Position numbers and translations under genes: made by a program. This document shows positions 37,405-49,097 of a DNA stretch of 64,000 nt, piece by piece. Source of the DNA: Eledone cirrhosa. Taxonomy: Eukaryota. The notes below the pieces were generated by a model. The model was not told the DNA's origin and made no database searches. It saw only the letters and a list, made by a program, of their open reading frames with translations. Numbering within the stretch: position 1 is the first letter of the stretch; the number at the start of each line of letters is the position of its first letter. Location: NCBI GenBank assembly GCA_964016885.1, contig OZ024741.1:191642001-191706000 (forward strand), in the 5' to 3' direction.

Positions 37405-40060
37405 ATCATTCATCATCATCATCATCATCTTCATCATTTTACGTCCGCTCTTCCCTGATTGCAAGGGTGAGACGGGTTTTATTCAGCTCAGCATCTCTCC
37501 ACTCGTCACGGTCCTTCGTCATCTCCACCGTGAGCTTCAATGATCTGAGGTCTGTTCTCACCACCTCCGCCCATGTTTTTCGTGGTCTACCTCTACCACG
37601 TCTTCCTTCAACTGGCATTTCCTGGCACTTCTTCACCCATCGGTCATCCTCCATGCGCATCACATGTCCATACCACCTCAATCTCCTCTCCCATACACTA
37701 CATTCTATCCCTCTCAGACACAGTTTCTCTCTCAACACATTTATGCTGCGTCGCACATTTACACTGCACATCCAACAGAGCATACTTGCCTCATTTCTCT
37801 CCAGCCGTCGCATATCCTCTGCAGTTGCTGCCCATGTCTCACTACCATGCAGCATCGCGCTCCTCACACAGGCTTCATACAACCGGCCTTTCGTACGCAG
37901 GGAGAAACCCTTCTTCATCAGCAGAGGAAGCAGCTCCCTAAACTTCTTCCAACCCGTCCTTATTCTAGATACTATGGCCTTGGAACACCCTCCTCCCATG
38001 CTAATCTGATCTCCTAGGTACTGGAAGCTATCCACCACTTCTATAGCGCCTTCCTGCATTTGAAAAATGTGTCTATCAATGCGACTTCTACTGTCTAATT
38101 TCCCTGTACATCTACATCTTCCTACCTGTTAATTTGCCTGCTATCCCACTACATCTCTTGTGTACCCAGGATCTGCATTGTGTGCATTTTATAGAATTTA
38201 TGCCAGTTCCTTTTCTGCATATCGAACATGGCCATTTTCCTGACAGAATCTGAGTTTTGTCCTCTTTTCTACTCATCAACACTTTTGTCTTAGCTAGGTT
38301 CACTCTCAGTCCTCTTGATTCCAACTGCTATTTCCATAGCCAGAATTTATCTCTAGCTCCTCTACTGATTCTGCTATAAGAACCAGATCGTCAGCATAGA
38401 GAAGTTCCCATGGACAGCCAGTCTTAAATTCCTCTGTTATGGCTTGGAGGACTATAATGAACAAGAGTGGGCTGAGGACCGAACCTTGATGTACTCCTAC
38501 TTGTATCTGGAATTCCTCACTAAACTCCATTCCTACACTGACTTTACTGAGAGTACCTCTGTACAAAGTTTGCACTGTCCTCACAAGCCATTCCTCAACA
38601 CCTAGCTTCCTTAGGGACCACCAGATGACAGATCGGGGTACCCTATCAAAAGCCTTCTCTAGGTCAACAAAGGCTAAGTATAGTGGCTTATTTTTCTCTA
38701 AGAACCTCTCTTGCAATTGTCTTACCAAGAAGATGGCATCTGTTGTACTCTTCCCAGGCACAAAACCAAACTGCATCTCATCTAGTTTGACCCTTTCTCT
38801 AATTAGTTGTGCTAATATCCTTTCTGCGACTTTCATAACCTGATCCATCAGTTTTATACCCCTATAATTGCTCCTCTCCAGAGCATCACCTTTACCTACT
38901 TTAGCAACTATCCCCGATGGTCCAGCAGACTTACCATTTTTCATTTCCTTAATCGCCTCTTGGACCCTATATTCGTCAATCTCAATAGCTGCTCCCTCTG
39001 TCGGATCTACTGAGGGTAATTTCTCTCTCTCCCATTCGTTCTCCACATTCATCAGTCTCTCATAATGACATTTCCAGGCCTCATTTTTCTGATCATTCGT
39101 GACACTAAGTACACCGGCATCATCCCGGACACATTATCTCCAACAACATCCTCATTTGCATTGACACACTGCCTTGCAATGTGGAACACCGCATGCCTCT
39201 GATCTTCCCGTCGCAGCACATTGGCAAACCTCCTACTCTCCGCCTCCCTGCGTGCTAAGTACACCTGACGTCTAGCTTCTCTCTTAGTGGCTGTATATTC
39301 TTCCCTACTCCCACCTTTTTTACAAACCTTCCATGCTAGTATTTTGTCTCTAATGGCCTTATCTACTGTGCTGTTCCACCACCAGGTCACTCTCTGTCTG
39401 GTTGGAGCTCTGCTCCAGCCACAAGTTTCATCAGTAGCCTGCAGCAAGTTGTCACGTAAGAAATTCCAGTTATTATCTATGTCATACATCTCTAAATCGT
39501 CTTCTTTTTCGTCATATACATCTTGAAGGGCTTTCCTAAATTTGTATTTTAGTGAAAGGTCTTTTAGCTTCCAGATCTTTCTTCTCCACACCTTCCTGTA
39601 TGTCTCATTCCATCTCTTGCTTACTGAGATATCACTAACGACTAACCTATGCTGTGGGGTACATTCTTCCCCAGGGTATGCCTTGGTATTAGACACTATC
39701 TGCCTGTCCCACTGCCTAACTAGTAAGAAATCAATCTGGCTTATGTGCTCATCAGATTTGTAGGTTATTAGGTGATTGGCAGGTTTCTGGAAGTCTGTGT
39801 TGCAAATAGTCAATGTACCTGCATCACAAAATTCAAGAAGTCTCACTCCTTCTTCATTTCTTGAGCCGTAACCATGCCCACCATGTACCCCAGTGTAACC
39901 ATCCTGGAGCTGTCCAACATGACCATTGAAGTCTCCTGCTAGCATAACGATGTCTCCGTCCTCTGTCATTGCGGTTGTTTGTAAAAGTTGCTCGTAAAAG
40001 CAGTCTTTCTCATCTTTGCCTAGGCCTGCTTGGGGAGCATAGGCAGAGATGATTGTCAGT
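37405..40060 (-). mobile_element. RTE LINE of a second subfamily, frameshifted
   Basis: ORFs 39052-39969 (GDFNGH, SQIDF), 38306-39052 (YADD), 38112-38324 (PHD part) and 37439-38059; (cat)n tail. Confidence 0.92.
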
Positions 40061-40214
40061 TATATATATATATATATATATTAGAAAGTGAACAACACAA
40101 AATATAACTACTCCATTACCAAAGGTTTCTGGATCCCAGACAAAACATATGTAATATGTAATTATATATGTTTATTATGCAATACTGATTCTTTGTTCCC
40201 TATTTATCATTATA

Positions 40215-40440
40215 TACACCCAGTCCACACTGTAAAGTGGTCATGTAGGAGACATGCTAAAAAGACTCCCAGTCCACTATGTAAATGTGGTTGGTGTTAG
40301 GAAGGGCATCCAGCCATCGAAAACCTGCAAGAAACAGTTCTGAATAAGCAAGACACGATCTCCCCACCAATCTTGTTTCAAGTGGGACAAAACCATCCAA
40401 CCCATGCTGGCATGGAAGATGGACATTATGATGATGATGA
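40215..40440 (+). mobile_element. RTE 3' UTR-only fragment
   Basis: ccacactgtaaagtggtc...gttaggaagggcatccagcc...ggacatt(atg)n. Confidence 0.75.
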
Positions 40441-40482
40441 TATATATATATATAAAATTAGAATTGGTGCTCTGAAGTAGCG

Positions 40483-40750
40483 ATATATATATGAATGTAT
40501 ATATAGTGTATTTTGTAATACACTGTATGCTTAATTAAAAGCATGTTCAAGACCTTACGCTATTGTTTTAAAGTAGTGACTATGTCACTTCTTTTTTCAG
40601 CAAACAAAGTTTAGCTCCCTTTGTTTGCTGAAAAAAGAAGTAAGTGACATAGTAACTACTTTAAAACAATAGCGTAAGGTCTTGAACATGCTTTTAATTA
40701 AGCATACAGTGTATTGCAAAATACACTATATATACATTCATATATATATA
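40483..40750. repeat. Hairpin with ~125-bp arms and a ~10-nt loop
   Basis: atgaatgtatatatagtgtattttg...cagcaaacaaag is the reverse complement of ctttgtttgctg...caaaatacactatatatacattcat. Confidence 0.95.
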
Positions 40751-40789
40751 TATATATATCATCATCATCATCATAATCATCATCATCAA

Positions 40790-43700
40790 CATGATGCTGA
40801 CTACCTCCCAAATAACCGACAGTGACTACGTAATTATTGCTGGCGACTTAAATGGTCACATTGGACAACATTGTGACGGCTATGATGGAATCCATGGAGG
40901 CTATGGTTTTGGTACTAGAAATGAGGAAGGCTCCAGAATCCTGGAATTCTGTGACGCAAATAACCTAACTATCTGTAACACTAACTTCAAAAAACGAGAC
41001 AATCACTTGATCACCTATAGCTCAGGGGAACACGCCAGTCAGATAGATTATATCCTTACCAGAAGACGTGATAGAGTGTCTGTTGTAAACACTAAATCCC
41101 TCCCCCATGAAGAATGCACCTCCCAACATAGACTCATAGTCAGCGACCTCATAGTCAGGACAAGACGTACTCGACAACAGAGGAGGACTATCCTCAGGAT
41201 AAAAATATGGAAGCTAAAGGACCCCACAGCCAGTAATAAATTTAAAAGCATATTACTTGATGCTTTCGACAGTAAGGAAGAGCAATTAGAGTCGTACAAT
41301 ATAGAGGAACAGTGGGAGTTCCTGAAAGCTAACCTGTTGAAGGCGCAGATGAAGTTTGTGGCTGGAGCAGGCCTATAGGCAGGAGGAGAGTAACGTGGTG
41401 GTGGAATAGTAAGGTGGAGGAGTCAATTAAGGCCAAAAAGCAGGCTTGGAAAGTATGGCAGGATGGGGGAAGTAGAGAAGACTATCAAGTGGCCAGGAGG
41501 GAAGCTAGGAGGCAAGTGTACTTCGCAAGAAGGGAAGCAGAGAAAAGAAAGTTCAAGCATGTTCTACAACGCGAGGACCAAAAACGTGAGGTGTTCAGGA
41601 TTGCTAGGCAATGTGTCAAGGAAAACCGTGATATTGTCGGGGAGAAGTGTGTCCTTAATGATGATGGTGTACTTGCTATCACTGATGCTGATAAGAAGGT
41701 AGCTTGGAAGTGTTACTACGAAAGGCTACTAAATGAGGAGAATAAATGGGAGAAAGCCAGTCTCCCCCACATCGATCCAATAGAGGGACCAGCAGTGCGA
41801 GTTGAAGGTAGTATAATAAGTAAGGCAATCAAAGATATGAAGACGGGTAAGGTGGCCAGGCCTTCGGAAATAGTTGCTGAAATGCTGGAAGCATCTGGAA
41901 TGGTGGGACACACTATGGTCACCCGGATAGTAAACCAAGTCATACAGATTGGGGCCGTTCCGAAGGACTGGCGTAGCAGCATCATCATTAACTGCTACAA
42001 GGGTAAAGGAGATGCTCTTGATAGCGGTAACTATAGAGGCATTAAATTAATTGACCAGGTCATGAATGTCACAGAAAAAGTAATAGCGCAACTAATCAGA
42101 GAACGAATTGATCTAGATGAAATGCAGTTTGGGTTTGTGTCAGGTAAAAGTACCACAGACGCTCTTTTCCTTGTACGACAACTACAAGAGAAGTACCTAG
42201 CTAAAAGTAAACCCTTATACTTAGCTTTTGTTGACTTGGAGAAAGCCTTTGACAGAATCCCCCGCTCCATTATCTGGTGGGCGCTTAGAAAACTAGGTGT
42301 TGATGAATGGCTTGTGAGAGCTATACAAGCCATGTATAAAAAAACAGTCAGCAAGGTTAGAATTAACAACGAATATAGTGAAGAGTTTAGCGTAAAAGTT
42401 GGTGTTCATCAGGGCTCCGTTCTTAGCCCCCTACTATTTATTATTGCCCTTCAGGCTATAACAGAGGAGTTCAAGACTGGCTGCGCATGGGAACTTCTAT
42501 ATGCAGATGATCTAATGCTCATAGCTGAATCAATGGCTGAACTAGAGAAGAAATTCCAAACATGGAAGCATGGCCTAGAATCAAAAGGCCTTAAAGTTAA
42601 CTTGTCTAAGACTAAAGTTCTAGTTTGTAGGAAGGAAAATAGGGCACCGGTTCCATCTGGGAAATGGCCATGCTCAGTGTGTAGGAAAGGAGTAGGCAGA
42701 AACCCCATTTTATGTCCCAAATGCAAAGTATGGGTGCATAAAAGATGTAGTGGGATCACAGGTAAGCTAACTAAGAATATAGATTTTATATGTGGCTGGT
42801 GCTCTGGTGCAATAAGTAGCAGCAAGTGCCCACAAAATACTAGCTCATTCCATTGCACAGATGGTTCTATAGAAATAGTGGACACCTTCCGTTACCTGGG
42901 TGACAAAATCAGCAGTGGGGGAGGGTGCTCTGAAAGTACAGTAGCTAGAGTCAGAACGGGATGGAAAAAGTTCAGAGAGCTTATACCACTATTGGCCGCT
43001 AAAGGGTTCTCTCTAAAAATGAAAGGCAGGCTGTATGATGCCTGCATACGAACAACAATGTTACATGGCAGTGAGACTTGGGCATTGTGTGCAGAGGATA
43101 TACGCAGACTGGAGAGAAACGAAGCTTGCATGCTCCGCTGGATGTGTAATAGTAATATACGTGAACGGCAAAGCATAAACGAACTAAGGGAGAAATTAGG
43201 AATAAGAGGGATCAGATGTTGTTTACTCGAGAGAAGACTATGTTGGTACGGTCACGTGATGCGCATGAAAGATGACAGCTGTATAAAAAAGTGCAGGGCG
43301 ATAAAAATAGACGGTAGCCACGGAGTAGGCAGACCCAGAAAAACCTGGGACGACTTGATAAATTCCGACCTCACACATTTACACCTCTCCAAGACAATGC
43401 CACTGGGCCGAGATCTTTGGCGCTTCACAGTAATACAGAAGACTCGCCTTGCCTAAGTACAAAGCGAAACCTACAGTCAGTAGGCACCTCTAACAAAATA
43501 CACCCCCCCCCCCCCCCCCCCAACCACACCACTCCTTTCAATGTAAAGTTATGTTGGTACCACAACATCCAGTCCAAAACAAATGAGGTCGTGTAGGTGA
43601 CACGACAAAAAAACACACAGACCACACTGTAATGTGGCTGTGTAGGTAACATGGTAAAAACCTCCCAGTACACACTGTAAACGTGGTTGGTGTTAGGAAG

Positions 43701-43835
43701 GGCATCCAGCCGTAGAAAACCCGCCAGACAGTCCTATATGAGCAGGACAACAAATCTTGCCTCAAGTGGGAAACCTCCCGTCCAAACCCGTGCAAGCGTG
43801 GAAGCGTGGACGTTAAACGATGATGATGATGATGA
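40790..43835 (+). mobile_element. Young RTE LINE, 5'-truncated, one frameshift near 41345
   Basis: Endonuclease C-terminus (ORF 40791-41378), then an uninterrupted 680-aa ORF and a complete 3' UTR ending ggacgttaaac(gat)n. Confidence 0.95.
41414..43456 (+). CDS. RTE reverse transcriptase with embedded PHD-type zinc finger
   Basis: NYRGIKL, QFGF, FVDLEKAFD, QGSVLSP, YADD, CSVC..CPKC....HKRC..CGWC, FRYLG, GRPRKTW. Confidence 0.9.
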   Translation: MEESIKAKKQAWKVWQDGGSREDYQVARREARRQVYFARREAEKRKFKHVLQREDQKREVFRIARQCVKENRDIVGEKCVLNDDGVLAITDADKKVAWKCYYERLLNEENKWEKASLPHIDPIEGPAVRVEGSIISKAIKDMKTGKVARPSEIVAEMLEASGMVGHTMVTRIVNQVIQIGAVPKDWRSSIIINCYKGKGDALDSGNYRGIKLIDQVMNVTEKVIAQLIRERIDLDEMQFGFVSGKSTTDALFLVRQLQEKYLAKSKPLYLAFVDLEKAFDRIPRSIIWWALRKLGVDEWLVRAIQAMYKKTVSKVRINNEYSEEFSVKVGVHQGSVLSPLLFIIALQAITEEFKTGCAWELLYADDLMLIAESMAELEKKFQTWKHGLESKGLKVNLSKTKVLVCRKENRAPVPSGKWPCSVCRKGVGRNPILCPKCKVWVHKRCSGITGKLTKNIDFICGWCSGAISSSKCPQNTSSFHCTDGSIEIVDTFRYLGDKISSGGGCSESTVARVRTGWKKFRELIPLLAAKGFSLKMKGRLYDACIRTTMLHGSETWALCAEDIRRLERNEACMLRWMCNSNIRERQSINELREKLGIRGIRCCLLERRLCWYGHVMRMKDDSCIKKCRAIKIDGSHGVGRPRKTWDDLINSDLTHLHLSKTMPLGRDLWRFTVIQKTRLA

Positions 43836-43944
43836 GTTCATGGTTCAATCCAGGTAACCACAGTAAGTAAGGTACTCAGTTCATTAGTAGAATGTAAACA
43901 ACAAGTTTATTAGAACTGTTTCATTCAATTCATTTACATTTCGC

Positions 43945-44530
43945 CATTCATGCACATTACTGTTACACATCCATCGGAGCATTCAGGCTTCATTTCTTGC
44001 CAATCTATGTAGATCCTTGGCACACAGTGCTCAGGTTTCGCTTCCATGTAGCATTGATGTTCGCACACAGGCATCGTACAGATTGCCTTTTATCTTGAGT
44101 GAGAAACCTTTTGTAGTTAACAATGGTAGCAGCTCCCTGAAGCTTTTCCATCCCATCCTTACTCTGGCAACTGAACTTTCTGCGCATCTACCACCGCTGC
44201 TAATTTGGTTACCCAGGTAGCAGAAGCTATTGACTATTTCTATGGGGTTTTCTGTGCATTGGAAAGAGCTTGTTTCTTGAGCGTTTTTGCATACTGTCCC
44301 TGGGCAACATCCATGTATGAAATTTGTCTTTTGCTAGCTTGCCTGATTTCTGACTACACCTCTTGAGTACCCATAATTTGCATTTGGGACACCAGATTGA
44401 GTTTCTGCCTCCGCTCTCCTGTGCACAGAGCAGGCCATTTCCCTGAAGGGATCAGAGCCCTGTTTTTTTTTTCTGCCCATAAGGATTTTGGTCTTTGCAA
44501 GGTTGATTTTAGGACCTTTTATTTTCAAGC
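43945..44530 (-). mobile_element. RTE fragment
   Basis: Reverse complement of the RT C-terminal region (VARVRMGWKSFRELLPLL). Confidence 0.75.
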
Positions 44531-45044
44531 TGTGCCAATATACTTGGCCTGGCAATAAAGTCTTTAGAATAGTAGGCTGTGTGCCGTATATAGCAGTAAA
44601 TGTAGTTGATATTAGTTGGAATTTGAACTTTGTTTTGTGCATGTGATATTCTATATGAATGCTGTATTTTGTCACAGGCCTGTGTATAATTATTAGCCCT
44701 GACTTAAATTTGTGCCATTGTTGGGTGTTTTAGTTATTAAAACAACATCTTTGAAAATTTGTTTTCGCTTTATTAGAAGAGTTGGTAGATGAATCGTTGC
44801 ACTGGTTTCGACAATTGCTGAAGGAATGATTCCAGAAAGAGTTAAATGCTTTACATAAGCACTGTAAAGATGTTATTGCATTCAATGGAAATTACGTTTT
44901 AGTGAATAAAAAGGGTTATTCTAAAGACTTTATTGCCACGCCAAGTATATATATAGAAGCTGTCATTCCCTGACGTTATCTCTAGGGATACGGGAATCAG
45001 TAGACAGGACCTGGGGGCAGCGATGGGGGACAGGGAATTCTGGG

Positions 45045-46215
45045 GCAGGAGAGTGAGATCCATCATCTCGACAGTAGTCGACGAATGATGATGATGATGA
45101 TATATAGATAACAATTGGTACATCTAAATTGACAATTAAGATACCTAAATATAAAACATCTCCTAAGGCGGGTAAAATTCCCGAGATCCATGGACGAGTT
45201 CTCTCCAGCGGTCTCTGTCCCTCATTATCGCTGCCATGTCCTGCGTCTCCAACAGACCAGTGTCTGACCTTAGGGCATCAACATACGTTAACCTTGGTCT
45301 TCCTCTTCTAGTGTGTCCATGTAGGGGCTCCTAAAGGAGTACTGAGTGCAATGTCAACTCTGGATGTCGGTGAGCATGTCCAGCTAACCTCAGTCTCCTC
45401 TGTGTCACTTTTGAGCTGACTTTTGGGATGCTCCTATACAGCTCTGAGTTTTTCATCCTCAGTGTATACTGATTAATGTTCAGAGCCATCCTCAGCATTC
45501 TCGTGTAGCACCCATCCACCATCTGAGTGAGTTTCTTGGTCAGTGTCCAAGTCTCAGACCCATACAGCAGCACAGACTCCACTACAGCAATGAAGAGGCG
45601 GATTTTCAGGTCTCTACAAAGGTCCGACTTCCACACCGATCTCAAGCTGTGGCACGCCGCCCAGGCCTTGCTCTTCCTCTCAACCACATCATCCTTCGTA
45701 TTCCCAATCTTTGCTCCCAAATACAAGAAGTCCTCAATCAATTCCAGTCTACATTAGTGATCCCCTCTGGCTTCTCAACATTCTCTACCAGATATTTTGT
45801 TTTAGTCTCATTCATTCTCAGCCCCACACTCATCGACACAGTCTCAACCTCCCGCATCAAATCCTCTGCCTCCTTCACTGTATTTGTCACCAAAACTATG
45901 TCGTCGGCAAATTCAGCATCCGATACCTTTTTCGCCCTAACTCTCCTGCTCTGAGCCGGTGCTACAGTAAAGCCAGAGTCCTGGTGTTTCTCCAGTGCAA
46001 GGCGCATACAATAGTCCACTACAATGATAAAAAGGTAGGGAGCCAATGTATCTCCCTGGAGCACTCCAGCCAGTATCTCAAAGAACTCTGTCATCCCATC
46101 AGGTGTAATGACTTGGGCTTTGGTGTTGGTGTAGAGCAGTGATATCAGGTCCACTATCTTCTTGGGGATTCCATAAGCCTGTAAGATCTTCATCAGGCAG
46201 TAACGGTCCACAGTA
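45045..46215 (-). mobile_element. Divergent RTE-superfamily LINE 3' fragment without PHD finger
   Basis: GVLQGDTLAPYLFIIVVDY and EFADD (ORF 45738-46289); FLYLG, LYGSETWTL and RRLRLAGH (ORF 45331-45741). Confidence 0.85.
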
Positions 46216-46320
46216 TATATATTTGCAGCAGAAGTCTTCTCCCAATCTCCATCATACTGACCAATTATTTTACCAGAGGAATGATGCACTTTGACAGAAG
46301 TGTTTTATAATTGAATATAT

Positions 46321-47590
46321 GAGATGATATCAAAAAGTTCCTGGATTAGTTATGTTTAAAAAATCTAATATATTTACCTAAATTTTAACATCACCTCTTT
46401 CAGTCCCAGCATTTCTGCCACTTTTGGAATCAGGTCTAGAAGTCGTTTTCCACAAGTGAGTCAAGGACCTTCTGCAATTCGCTCTGGATTTCGGCAATGG
46501 TGTTAAAACGGCGACCTTTGAGCTGCCTTTTCAGTTTGAAGAAGTGATGGAAGTCCGCAAATACTAAATCAGATGAATAGGGTGGATGCGGAAGCGATTC
46601 AATGTTGTTTTGGGCGAGAAGCTCACGAGTGAGGAGAGCTCAGTGAGAGGGTACATTGTTGTTATGAAGAATCCAATTCTTTGTGCTCTACAGTTACGGT
46701 CACTTTTGCCAAACATCCTCCCTCAAACGCCTCAAAATGTTGCAGTAGAACTCTTGATTGACGATCTGGCCCTGGGAGATAAATTCTTGATGCACAATAC
46801 CGTGGATGTAGAAAAAAAACGATGAGCATGGTCTTGATTGAGCTGCGAGTCTGTTGTGCCTTCTTCGGTTGTAGAGATGAAGGGCTTTTCTACTGTGTTG
46901 ACTGCTGTTTCATCTCAGGGCTCTACCCGTAAACCCAACTCTCATCATTGGAGATTATCCTTGATATGAAGGATGGGTCATCAGCGGTACGCAGATGGAG
47001 ATCTTGACAGACTTCGACACAATGTTCTTTCTGCTCAGTTGTCAGCAGGTGGAGGACAAACTTGGCAACAACACACAACATGTTCAATTCAGACATTAGG
47101 ATTGCCTGCAGGGACCCATACGATGGACCAGCAACATCAGCAATATCGTTGATTGTCCTCCAGCGATCCTCATGCACAAGCTGTTTAATTTTCTCCACAT
47201 CTCTTGGGGTGACACTTGTGGCAGGTCTTCCAGATTGCTCGTCATCTTCTGGGGACATTCTTCCACTTTTGAAGCACTCATGCTACTCAAAACAATGCAT
47301 ATGACCCATTGCCTTGTTGCCGCAAGCTTGCTGAATCATGTTCAATGATTCTGTAGCAGACTTTCATGTTGGCTCTTAGTTCCAACTTCCTGTTCATGAA
47401 AAAATCACAGGCTACAGCATACACGTGATGACAAAAGCACAAATTTCACAACTTGTGAGGTGAAAACAGCAATGTCACTTGGCACACTGGTGCATGAAGG
47501 TCACTGCTAGCTCTCACTGCATGCACAACCATATGTTGCTATTTGTTGGCGTGATACAGAACTAGTCCAGAAACCTTTTGATATCACCTC
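46321..47590 (-). mobile_element. Mariner DNA transposon (~1.27 kb) with decayed transposase
   Basis: TIRs gagatgatatcaaaaagttcctggattagtt / aactagtccagaaaccttttgatatcacctc. Transposase motifs EDDEQSGRP, AKFV.HLL and IISNDESWVY. Confidence 0.9.
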
Positions 47591-47604
47591 CTGTATATAT
47601 ATAT

Positions 47605-47850
47605 ATAATCATCATCATTATTTAACGTCTATTTTCCACGCTAGTATGGGTTAGATGGATTTGTCCAATTAGAGGCAAGTTGGGTTGGGTGACCATGTCT
47701 TGCTCTTATAGAACTGTTTCTGGCTAGATTTCTACAGCTGGATGCCCTTCCTAACGCTAATCACATTTACACTGTGTGCTGGGTGCTTTTTGCCGTGTCT
47801 CCTACATGACCACTTTACAGTGTGGGCTGGGTGCTTTTTGTCATGACACC
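47605..47850 (-). mobile_element. RTE 3' UTR-only fragment
   Basis: tttaacgtc...ctacagctggatgcccttcctaac. Confidence 0.75.
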
Positions 47851-48024
47851 TATATATATAATACTCACACACTTACACAAATATATGCATATATAAATAT
47901 GTAAGATTAGAGAAAATTAAGAAGTTTCAAGTAAGTTTTATTATCTGGTACTGGAATATTCTTTAGGGATGTTGGTAAATAATCTTTGGTTAGAATCTTG
48001 ACGAAATGAAAAATGTTCAGCTCA

Positions 48025-48153
48025 ACAATTGAGTTATAAATGGAGGTATCCACTTAAGTAATTTATATTAAGATATCAATAAGCTCAATGTATGAGCTTA
48101 TCCATATCTTGATATATATGACTTTAGTGGATACCTCCATTTCTAATTCAATT
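48025..48153. repeat. Imperfect hairpin of ~130 bp
   Basis: aaatggaggtatccact...aagatat..ataagctca pairs with tgagcttat..atatctt...agtggatacctccattt. Confidence 0.85.
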
Positions 48154-48287
48154 CTTTATATGTAAATATGTATCAATGTATCTATCTATCACTCATTCAC
48201 TTCTCTCTCTCTCTCTATACATACACACACATATATATATATTATTCAGTTGATGAAAGTTGGTTGGTCAAAAATCAGCTGACTTTT

Positions 48288-49097
48288 TCAGTCCCTAATC
48301 AACTGTGCTATAACTCTTTCTGTTACTTTCATGACCTGGCCCATCAGCTTGAATCCTCTATAGTTTCCTCTATCTAGGGCATCTCCTTTACCCTTGAAGC
48401 AATTGACAATAATGCTGCTGTGCCAATCATTTGGTATGACACCATCTGGTATGACTTGGTTTACAATACATGTGGTTAACGTGTGACCTACCGACCCAGG
48501 TGCTTTCAGCATTTTGGCAACTATTCCCAATGGACTGACTGCTTTCCCAGTTTTCATATCCTTAATAACCTTACTCCTACACTGCTGCTAACTTGTATGG
48601 ATGGGCCCTCTATGGGGTCCACTTGGTGTAGGGTCTCTTTCTCCCATGCATTCTCCTCATTCAGTAATCCATCATAGTGGCACTACTATGCTTCCTTCTT
48701 TTCAACATCTATGAGGGCAAGTGCACCTTTATCATCCCGGACACACTTCTCACCAATGATATCACAACTTTCTCTAATGCACTGCCTCGCAATCCTAAAC
48801 ACCTCCTGTTTCTGGTCCTCAAACTGTAAAACATGCTTGAAATTTTTATTGTCTACTTCCCTCCTTGCTAAGTGAACATGTCGTATAGCTTCCCTCCTGG
48901 CCTCTATGCAGCGTACCCTGCTTCCCCCGTTCTTCCATTGTTTCAATGCCTATCTCTTGACCTTAATTGTCTCATCTACCTTATTTTTCCACCACCAAGT
49001 CACTCTCCTTTTCTCTGTAGTCTTGCTCCAACCACAAGTCTCATCTGTTGCCTTCAGTAGGCTGTCTTTTAGGAACTCCCAATTCTCTTCTATATTG
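48288..49097 (-). mobile_element. RTE fragment (pre-RT region)
   Basis: ORFs 48288-48557 and 48686-48946 match the N-terminal part of ORF 41414. Confidence 0.85.

Noticed and set aside
48243-48290. TTGATGA followed by a hairpin, as a hammerhead
   Set aside because: There is no GAAA or stem III; the sequence is cut by an RTE fragment.
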